Assembly (NCBI GenBank): GCA_964536195.1
Contig: CAZHVO010000003.1
Span: 1,797-41,407, forward strand
Length of the DNA: 39,611 bases
From: an uncultured Planctomycetia bacterium
GTDB lineage: Bacteria; Omnitrophota; Gorgyraeia; Duberdicusellales; 4484-171
Direction of reading: 5' to 3'
Made by a program: the position numbers and the translations under genes. The notes beneath the pieces are model-generated. The model saw only the letters and a program-made list of their open reading frames with translations, was not told the origin of the DNA and searched no databases. Shown in pieces: positions 8,683 through 15,989 of the stretch. Position 1 is the stretch's first letter, and the number at the start of each line of letters is the position of its first letter.

Positions 8683-9459
8683 ATGAAAGAAATTATAAAT
8701 GTAGCAATCAATGCGGCAAAACAAGCCGGTGATTTTTTATTGGAGAATTTCGGAAAGATTAGTAAAATTACGAAAAAGGGCGATAGAAATTTTGCCACGA
8801 ATCTGGACAAAGAAGCCGAGGATTTGATTATAGATAAGATTAAGACCCAATTTCCTAATCATGGGATTATTGCTGAAGAAGGCGGCAGTAGCGCCCCTGA
8901 TAGCGAGTATTTATGGATAATTGACCCTCTTGACGGAACACATAATTTTATGCGCAACATAGATATCTTCGGGGTTTCTATAGGCATAGTGCATAAAGAG
9001 AAATTTGTCGGCGGAGTAATTTATATGCCTAAGGAAGATGAATTATATGTGGGGCAAAAGGGAGGAGGGGCTTATAAAAACAATAAGAAAATCAAAGTTT
9101 CTTCTAATGACAATTTAAAAGATTGTTCAATTGCTTTTGATTCTAGCATAAGGTGCTCTCCGGAGGTTATGCTGAAAGTTTTAGGAGATTTAGCAAATGA
9201 GGTTTTTAATGTAAGAATGTTTGGCTCTTCAGCCCGACACCTATCTTATCTTGCTGAAGGAACCCTTGATTTTGTTGTTGAATTTCATGACCGGCCCTGG
9301 GATTTTGCTGGAGGAGCGTCTATAATAGAGGAGGCTGGAGGTAAACTAACCGACCTTAAGGGGGGTCCTTTGAGCTACAAGAATATTGGCTATATCGCTT
9401 CCAATGCTTTTGTCCATGGAAAAGTAGAAGAAATCATTAGAAAATACATCAATAAATGA
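8683..9459 (+). CDS. suhB: Inositol monophosphatase family protein (SuhB-like)
   Basis: IAEEG, WIIDPLDGTHNF, PWDFAGG motifs. Confidence 0.85.
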   Translation: MKEIINVAINAAKQAGDFLLENFGKISKITKKGDRNFATNLDKEAEDLIIDKIKTQFPNHGIIAEEGGSSAPDSEYLWIIDPLDGTHNFMRNIDIFGVSIGIVHKEKFVGGVIYMPKEDELYVGQKGGGAYKNNKKIKVSSNDNLKDCSIAFDSSIRCSPEVMLKVLGDLANEVFNVRMFGSSARHLSYLAEGTLDFVVEFHDRPWDFAGGASIIEEAGGKLTDLKGGPLSYKNIGYIASNAFVHGKVEEIIRKYINK

Positions 9460-9537
9460 TAAAAGCTGGTTAATAATTAAAATTGACTTGCATATAAATA
9501 TATGGTAAAAATTAAGTAAGGGGGGTGTAGTGAAAAG

Positions 9538-10038
9538 ATGGTAAAAATGAAAAAGGTTCTTTTCTCTTTTTTCTTGGTTTTTTTGGCTTTTTTTATTTCT
9601 TCAGCAGCGGCTCAAGAAAATATCACCATAACCACCTTTTATCCGTCTCCTTTTGGGGTATACAGAAACTTGGAGACACAGACCATAAGAATATTGAATA
9701 GTAATGAGGAGGTCTCTATAGGGCTTGATGGCAATAATCCGGCCATAGAACTTAGAGATAGAGACGCTGGTGGTAGGACCCCTTATATAGACTTTTCAAA
9801 TGATGCAGTTAGTAATTTTGATATGAGAATTATATTGAACGGCAACAATGAACTGAGGGTTCAGGGAGGCAATCTAAGAGTGCTCGGCAACGTTGTGGCG
9901 AATAATTTGCCCGGTTGTCAAAGACGCACTTTTACGGCAGCCACCGGCGTACAACAATGTCCAGTCGGATTTGCGGTTTCTCTAGCTCCGCTCGCGCCCA
10001 TATCGACCTCAGGCAGTTTTTTATGTTGTGCTTATTAA
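9538..10038 (+). CDS. Secreted hypothetical protein, possibly fibre/adhesin-like
   Basis: Signal peptide ending AAA|Q; ITITTFYPSPFGVY; PYIDF..FDMRII segment; Cys-containing C-terminus ending FLCCAY. Confidence 0.6.
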   Translation: MVKMKKVLFSFFLVFLAFFISSAAAQENITITTFYPSPFGVYRNLETQTIRILNSNEEVSIGLDGNNPAIELRDRDAGGRTPYIDFSNDAVSNFDMRIILNGNNELRVQGGNLRVLGNVVANNLPGCQRRTFTAATGVQQCPVGFAVSLAPLAPISTSGSFLCCAY

Positions 10039-10058
10039 CAAAAAAGGAGTTTTAATAA

Positions 10059-10472
10059 ATGAAGTTTCAGTTAAGCTGTAAAATTTATCCTTTTGAGGCT
10101 GTTCTAAATGCTTCCTATACTTTTATTGACCGTGTCTATATTTTTTTGGATAGTAATTTAAAGGAGGACAAGGTAATAGTTTCTTTTAAAGAAAAACAAA
10201 AACTTTCTCCCAAAAAATTGGAAGATTTGCGCGGAGAATTTATGAATGAGCTATTGCATTGCGTTTTGAGATACAAGATAAGTAAAAATAACAAAAAGAT
10301 TAGAGAATATATTGTCGGACGCGCTTTATATTCCGCTCTGCCTTTACCAATGGAAGAAGCTCTGCTGGGAGAGGATTCGGGGAAACTAGATTATCAGGAA
10401 GACCCTTTAGGTATTACTATACCTTGGGAAGAGAAGCATGGAAAGAAAAAAAATGCTAAATCTAAAGTTTAA
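10059..10472 (+). CDS. hxsD: His-Xaa-Ser system protein HxsD
   Basis: KIYPFEAVLNASYTFIDRVYIFL and EFMNELLHCVLRYKI..IREYIVGRAL; just upstream of HxsB; SD aggag. Confidence 0.8.
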   Translation: MKFQLSCKIYPFEAVLNASYTFIDRVYIFLDSNLKEDKVIVSFKEKQKLSPKKLEDLRGEFMNELLHCVLRYKISKNNKKIREYIVGRALYSALPLPMEEALLGEDSGKLDYQEDPLGITIPWEEKHGKKKNAKSKV

Positions 10473-10665
10473 TACTAAAATATATAAAATGAAGGCAATT
10501 CAAGAAGCCATTTTGGCCTATTCTGATAGGGCGAAATTTTCTCTATCTAATGATAAAAGGTATATACAGGTGCGGATAAATAAAGTAGACTCGGAAATTA
10601 AGGCTATTATTGGTGATGAGTTTGCCAATTATGTATTGGGGTTGACTAAAAAATGGATACAATAA
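10438..10665 (+). CDS. Second, short HxsD-like protein (alternative start 10453)
   Basis: KIYKMKAIQEAILAY...DEFANYVLGL parallels KIY...EFMNELL of the upstream HxsD; overlaps both neighbours. Confidence 0.7.
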   Translation: MERKKMLNLKFNTKIYKMKAIQEAILAYSDRAKFSLSNDKRYIQVRINKVDSEIKAIIGDEFANYVLGLTKKWIQ

Positions 10666-12125
10666 TTGAGAATGTAGATAGGCAAAAGGTTGGTTTTTGC
10701 AGGTTTAAAAAACTGAACGATAAGTATTTGCTTACCAATGATGTTGGCGATTACTGTTTTTTAACTCCTGTGTATTTTAAGGCATTGTTTTTGGGTAAGC
10801 TTGAGCAGATAGAGAAAGATAATCAGCATAAGTATCAGGAACTTGTTGATAAGGGTTTTGTGCGTAGTCTATTAGATTTCGATAGGTTGATTGAGAAATA
10901 TTCTACAAAGAATATGGCTTTGAAGGAAGGGCCGGTTCTGCATATAATTGTAGTAACACTAAGATGCAATCATGCGTGTGTTTATTGTCAATCTAACGCC
11001 GGCGGAGTTGATAATAAAACGTTGGATATGGATATATCCGTAGCAAGGAAGGTTGTTGATAGAATTTTTGAATCTCCCGGATCAAACATTACTATTGAAT
11101 TTCAGGGGGGAGAGCCTATGCTTAACTTTAAAACTGTGAAATTTATTGTTGAGTATGCACGAGAAAAAAATAAAGAGAAAAAGAAAAGTTTAAAGATAAC
11201 AATGGTTTCTAACTTAACTTGTGCTACCGAAAAGATAATAGCATTTTTAATAAAAAATGATGTTGATATTTGCACCTCTATTGACGGCCCGGAATATGTT
11301 CATAATAAAAACCGGATTATTTTCGATAAAAACAAGAATAGCTATAAAAGAACAGTAAAATGGCTGAAGAAAATCGAAGATAAGCTTGGTGCGAAAAAGT
11401 TTAAACATAGACCTAATGCTTTGTTGACGTTGACAAAACGTTCTTTTACTTATTCTAAGGAGATTGTTGACGGATATGTAAAGATTGGTTTGGACGGTAT
11501 CCATTTGAGACCAATGAATACATTTAGTTTGTCTAAAAAAGTGCCTCGCACTTTAAGCTATACCTGGGCTGATTTTATTGCTTTTTATAGAAAGACAGTT
11601 GATTATATTATTGAACTAAATCTTAAAAAGAGATTTTTCTATGAGAGGACGGCAGTGGTATTTTTGATTAAGATTCTTACTGATAACGACCCGAATTACT
11701 TGGATATTCGTTCTCCCTGCGGGGCCGGTATTGGACAGCTGGCCTACGATTATAATGGAAATGTATATACCTGTGATGAAGGTAGAATGTTGAGCAGGAT
11801 TGGAGATGAGTCATTTAAACTAGGCAATGTAATGCATAATACTTACTCGGAGATGATTAATCACCCCACAGTTAAGGCAATGTGTGTTGCTTCTTGTTTA
11901 GATAATCTTCCCGGATGCAGCCAGTGTGTATATAAGCCGTATTGCGGTGTTTGTCCCTTACTGAATTATGCAGAACAAGGCAGTATTTTTATCCAGCAGC
12001 CTAAAAACGAGAAGTGCTTGATGCAAAACGCAATTTTAGATTATCTTTTTGAAAAATTAGAAAATAAAAGTTGCAAGGATGTATTTAAAAAATGGGTGGA
12101 CCATTTTATGTCTGGAAATCAATAG
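10653..12125 (+). CDS. hxsB: His-Xaa-Ser system radical SAM/SPASM maturase HxsB
   Basis: YLLTNDVG, LHIIVVTLRCNHACVYC, EFQGGEP, DIRSPCGAGIGQLAYDYNGNVYTCDEGRM, CSQCVYKPYCGVCP. Confidence 0.9.
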   Translation: MDTIIENVDRQKVGFCRFKKLNDKYLLTNDVGDYCFLTPVYFKALFLGKLEQIEKDNQHKYQELVDKGFVRSLLDFDRLIEKYSTKNMALKEGPVLHIIVVTLRCNHACVYCQSNAGGVDNKTLDMDISVARKVVDRIFESPGSNITIEFQGGEPMLNFKTVKFIVEYAREKNKEKKKSLKITMVSNLTCATEKIIAFLIKNDVDICTSIDGPEYVHNKNRIIFDKNKNSYKRTVKWLKKIEDKLGAKKFKHRPNALLTLTKRSFTYSKEIVDGYVKIGLDGIHLRPMNTFSLSKKVPRTLSYTWADFIAFYRKTVDYIIELNLKKRFFYERTAVVFLIKILTDNDPNYLDIRSPCGAGIGQLAYDYNGNVYTCDEGRMLSRIGDESFKLGNVMHNTYSEMINHPTVKAMCVASCLDNLPGCSQCVYKPYCGVCPLLNYAEQGSIFIQQPKNEKCLMQNAILDYLFEKLENKSCKDVFKKWVDHFMSGNQ

Positions 12126-12139
12126 GTAAGGAGGAGATT

Positions 12140-12844
12140 ATGTGTTTGAAAAAATTGATCCTTTTGGTAGCGATCGTTTGTATTGGTATGTTTTATTCAA
12201 ATATTATTTTTGCCGAAAGTTTAGAAGATTTAACAACTAATTTTAATATTGATACGATTGAAAAAGATGTTTTTCAAAGATATTCTAAAGCAGAAGGGTT
12301 GTTAGGTGCATATTTAATATGTACAGCAGCAGTGAGAGGTGACCAGACAGTGTGTGATGACCTAAATTCGGATGAAGCCCGGTTTTGTAGTAAGCAATTT
12401 AGCTCGATGCATAATTTTTATAGAGAGTTAGTTACAACAGGAACAGTTACTTCAAAAGCTATAGAAAGTTGTATGCAAACTGAAAACGGCGTAACATCCC
12501 AAGATTGTCGGGATTTGGCAGAGGCATTCATTTCTAAGGATGCGTCTATATGTGAAGTATCAGAATGTAGTGCGATAATAAAAAGAGACGTTGGGTCTTG
12601 TAAGGAAGATAAAGGATGTCGGGATAGGGTTTATTATATAAAAGCAGTTGAAAAGAATAATGCCAAAAGTTGTGATAAGATAAAAGATGAATCTCTTAGA
12701 ATGCTTTGTATGGGAAGTATTACCCTAGATGAGAAGATATGTAAACAATGTAGTGGTTTTAAAAAATTTATTGAGCGGTATCATGAAGACCTAATAAAAA
12801 TGGAGGTGGGCGATGAAGAAGAAAATCAGGCTACCCAAGATTAG
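12140..12844 (+). CDS. Secreted Cys-rich repeat protein
   Basis: Start at ATG 12140 after SD aggagg; signal peptide ending IIFA|E; 13 Cys in the mature part with five (D/N)xxxC units. Confidence 0.7.
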   Translation: MCLKKLILLVAIVCIGMFYSNIIFAESLEDLTTNFNIDTIEKDVFQRYSKAEGLLGAYLICTAAVRGDQTVCDDLNSDEARFCSKQFSSMHNFYRELVTTGTVTSKAIESCMQTENGVTSQDCRDLAEAFISKDASICEVSECSAIIKRDVGSCKEDKGCRDRVYYIKAVEKNNAKSCDKIKDESLRMLCMGSITLDEKICKQCSGFKKFIERYHEDLIKMEVGDEEENQATQD

Positions 12845-13109
12845 GATAGAAATAAAGGATTTCCTTTTAAGTGAAGAGGGGAAAATTACTAAAAAGAATA
12901 TTGCTAAGTTGGGGATGTCTTTAGCAGTTATGGCGATAATGTTTAAACCCCAGGCTGCTAGTGCAGCTCATTCTAGCCATGGTAACCACGGTAATGCTTT
13001 TTTTTCTGGCGATAGAGGTGGGCATACTTCAGGAACACCACATGCTTCGCATGGTTCACATGGCTCGCATGGTTCACATGGCTCGCATGGTTCGCATGGA
13101 CAATGGTAA
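12813..13109 (+). CDS. hxsA: His-Xaa-Ser repeat RiPP precursor (HxsA-type)
   Basis: SD ggaggtgg; 51-aa leader, then AHSSHGNHGNAFFSGDRGGHTSGTPHAS(HGS)x5HGQW; lies among HxsD/HxsB/HxsC-like genes. Confidence 0.9.
   Translation: MKKKIRLPKIRIEIKDFLLSEEGKITKKNIAKLGMSLAVMAIMFKPQAASAAHSSHGNHGNAFFSGDRGGHTSGTPHASHGSHGSHGSHGSHGSHGQW
13041..13103 (+). repeat. 9-bp tandem repeat x7 encoding His-x-Ser triplets
   Basis: catgcttcg catggttca catggctcg catggttca catggctcg catggttcg catggacaa; the 18-mer catggttcacatggctcg occurs twice exactly. Confidence 0.95.
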
Positions 13110-13118
13110 AACGTTTGG

Positions 13119-14072
13119 ATGCAACAGCTGATAATTGTATTGACCCACCGCTGCAACCTCAGGTGTCGATATTGCCCCGTTTTGCATAATTCCGCTACAA
13201 TAAATTATAATACTGCTATAATAGCCATTGATTTATTTTTAAATGGGCAAGATAGAAAATATTTAATTAAATTTTCGGGCGGAGAGCCGTTGTTAGAATT
13301 TACTTTATTGAAGGATATCGTAATATTTGCCAGAAATAAGGGGCTAAAATTAAATAAGAGTGTTCAGTTTCAAATAACGACAAATGGTATCTTGCTTAAT
13401 GATGCGGTTATAAATTTTTTCAAAAAAAGTAAAGATATTGAATTAATAGTAAGCCTGGACGGCAGCAGAAATACTCAGCTGAAGAATAGAATATCGGTTG
13501 ATAAAAAATTAAATTCTTCTGACAGTATCATCTTTCAAAAGCAGAAAATTCTTTCGATCCCTCGCGTAATCATCAATATGGTAGTTGCGCCTAATGAGGT
13601 GAAGAAATTCTATCGTAATTTTCTTTATATTTTGAAACTGGATTTTTGCCGCTTTATTTTTTTACCGGCCTATTTCGTTTACTGGAATAAAGAAAAAATT
13701 AATAAATTAAAAAAGGAATTTTGTAGGATAGCGGAATTTATAAGTAAAAATAAAAATAGAATAAATATTTATGTTAAAAACTTAGATTTGATAAGCCCAG
13801 CGCCTCTTTTTAATAGTGGGTTAGTCATTGATTGTAATGGAGATGTGTTTAGTGACAATTTGGTTCTTTCCCAACGATTTGCTTATCTGCGTAGGCAGCT
13901 TAGGGTTGGAAACATTAAGGATTTCTCTTTTAAACCTTTCTTTTTTAGACAATCGATCGATATAAATCACTTAATTGACCGGGTTACTCCCAAGTCTATT
14001 CTAGGGTCAACTAGAACAGTTGATCGTGTCTTAACGGATTTTGTTAACCGCCTAAAAAATGAAACGAGCTGA
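13119..14072 (+). CDS. Radical SAM protein (group B here: no C-terminal Cys cluster)
   Basis: LTHRCNLRCRYC, FSGGEP, TTNG, SLDG; C-terminal NSGLVIDCNGDVF. Confidence 0.88.
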   Translation: MQQLIIVLTHRCNLRCRYCPVLHNSATINYNTAIIAIDLFLNGQDRKYLIKFSGGEPLLEFTLLKDIVIFARNKGLKLNKSVQFQITTNGILLNDAVINFFKKSKDIELIVSLDGSRNTQLKNRISVDKKLNSSDSIIFQKQKILSIPRVIINMVVAPNEVKKFYRNFLYILKLDFCRFIFLPAYFVYWNKEKINKLKKEFCRIAEFISKNKNRINIYVKNLDLISPAPLFNSGLVIDCNGDVFSDNLVLSQRFAYLRRQLRVGNIKDFSFKPFFFRQSIDINHLIDRVTPKSILGSTRTVDRVLTDFVNRLKNETS

Positions 14073-14949
14073 TATTAAAACCGGGTTTAATTGTAATAAT
14101 CATTGTCGGTTTTGTGTCCAGGGTAATAAGAGAGTTTTGTATGGCGATAAAAGCACGGTAGAAATAAAGAAAGCTTTACAGGAGGCAAGAAACGATTGCG
14201 ATAGTGTGGTATTTACCGGCGGAGAACCAACAGTCAGGAAAGATATTATTGATTTGGTAAGATATGCTAAGAGTTTAGAATTTGAGACTATTCAGATACA
14301 GAGTAACGGCCGGATGTTTTGCTATGAGAAATTCTGTACGGCAATAATTATTGCCGGAGCGAATGAATTTTCTCCGGCAATTCACGGTCATATCGCACAA
14401 CTCCATGACTTTTTGACTGCTTCAAAGGGTAGTTTTAAGCAGAGTATCACTGGAATTAAAAATTTAAAGAAACGGGGGCAAAAAGTAATCACTAACACTG
14501 TTATTACGAAATCAAATTATCGGCATTTACCGGAAATTGCGCGACTTCTATCTTATTTAAAAGTAGATCAGTATCAATTTGCCTTTGCTCATGCTTTAGG
14601 AACGGCTGGAGAAAATTTTGAATCAATCATTCCTCGAATGTCAATGATTATGCCTTATGTGAAAGAAGGCTTGGATATTGGAATCGTAGCCGGAAAAAAA
14701 GTTATGACCGAAGCAATTCCTTATTGCCTTATGCAGGGGTATGAAGAATACATTGCTGAAAAGATTATCCCTGATACAAAAATATACGATTATGATCGTA
14801 TAATAGATGATTTTACAGAAATACGTCGAAAAGAAGGCAAATTAAAGGGGCCGAAATGCAAACAATGTAAACATTTCCAATATTGCGAAGGCCCCTGGCG
14901 GGAATATCCCGAAAAATTTGGCTGGACAGAATTTGTGCCAAAAATGTGA
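14059..14949 (+). CDS. Radical SAM protein, HxsC-like (group A here)
   Basis: CNNHCRFC, FTGGEPT, IPYC, CKQCKHFQYCEG. Confidence 0.88.
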   Translation: MKRADIKTGFNCNNHCRFCVQGNKRVLYGDKSTVEIKKALQEARNDCDSVVFTGGEPTVRKDIIDLVRYAKSLEFETIQIQSNGRMFCYEKFCTAIIIAGANEFSPAIHGHIAQLHDFLTASKGSFKQSITGIKNLKKRGQKVITNTVITKSNYRHLPEIARLLSYLKVDQYQFAFAHALGTAGENFESIIPRMSMIMPYVKEGLDIGIVAGKKVMTEAIPYCLMQGYEEYIAEKIIPDTKIYDYDRIIDDFTEIRRKEGKLKGPKCKQCKHFQYCEGPWREYPEKFGWTEFVPKM

Positions 14950-15036
14950 GATCAAATATTGGATCTCTGTAATCAGAGGACATTTGTAAAAGCTTACCTA
15001 AGAGAGGGATAATTTTTAGGAGCGAGGGCAGCTATA

Positions 15037-15957
15037 TTGGGAAGCGGCGAATTCCTTCATGTCTCTATTAACAATCGATGCAATAATAATTGCATATTTT
15101 GCATGGAAACTGATGCTAAAAATTTGATTCCTCCCTCTTCTAAGAGGCTATCCATTCTCTTCCAGAAAGCAATAAAAAAAACAGATAGTGTTTTATTTAC
15201 TGGACCTGAACCCACAGTAAATAAATCTTTGGTAAATTATATAAAGATGGCCAAAAAAATAGGATACAAAGATATACGTTTAGTAACCAATGGCCGTCTT
15301 CTTTGTCACTTTGATTATGCTCGTGAATTACTAAAATCTGGTTTAACAGAATTCAACATTGCTCTTCATGGGAGTAAAAGATCGATTCATGATGCCATGA
15401 CAAGAACACCTCATAGCTTTGATCAAACAATCAAAGGATGCTATAATCTATCGAAGTTGAAGTCAGATTATCTATTTCGATGGTATATTAGTTTTACACT
15501 TACCAAAGTTAACTCACCCGATTTGTACAACTTTCTTAAATTAACAGTCTTCTTAAAAGGAGTTAATGGGAGTATTATTAATACGGTGATTCCTCAAGGA
15601 GGAGGATTGATCTTTTTTAAGAATTTAATTTCAAACTATACTGATCTAGCTGATTCTTTTAAATCAGCAATTGAGCGGTTAAAGAAGAATCCTAAAGTTC
15701 AATCAAAAGACCGATTCAATATCAGCATACTTGGTTTACCAGTCTGTTTGTTGGTAGGCTATGAGAAATATGCCAGCGAGTACGAGAGCATCTTAATGAA
15801 TTCCGGAAACAAAAAAATCAATATTAGAAAAAGAGAACGTTCCAAAAAATTAAAAAGAGAAAAATGTAAAGAGTGCAAATATGATTCGTTTTGTGAAGGA
15901 GTTTGGTGGCGATATATAAAAATGAAAGGTTGGCGGGAATTTCACCCGATTAAATAA
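15037..15957 (+). CDS. Radical SAM protein, HxsC-like (group A)
   Basis: CNNNCIFC, variant FTGPEPT, LPVC, CKECKYDSFCEG; TTG start uncertain. Confidence 0.85.
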   Translation: MGSGEFLHVSINNRCNNNCIFCMETDAKNLIPPSSKRLSILFQKAIKKTDSVLFTGPEPTVNKSLVNYIKMAKKIGYKDIRLVTNGRLLCHFDYARELLKSGLTEFNIALHGSKRSIHDAMTRTPHSFDQTIKGCYNLSKLKSDYLFRWYISFTLTKVNSPDLYNFLKLTVFLKGVNGSIINTVIPQGGGLIFFKNLISNYTDLADSFKSAIERLKKNPKVQSKDRFNISILGLPVCLLVGYEKYASEYESILMNSGNKKINIRKRERSKKLKREKCKECKYDSFCEGVWWRYIKMKGWREFHPIK

Positions 15958-15989
15958 TGTGTTAAAAATTTTATCCTAACTGAATAAAA

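Noticed and set aside
13041-13103. Tandem repeat as a possible CRISPR array
   Set aside because: The units are 9 bp, contiguous and coding, with no spacers and no cas genes.
12968-13156. Minus-strand 62-aa ORF with (CEP)n repeats that looks metallothionein-like
   Set aside because: It is the antisense reading of the HGS repeat; the + strand ORF has an SD, a leader and the right gene context.
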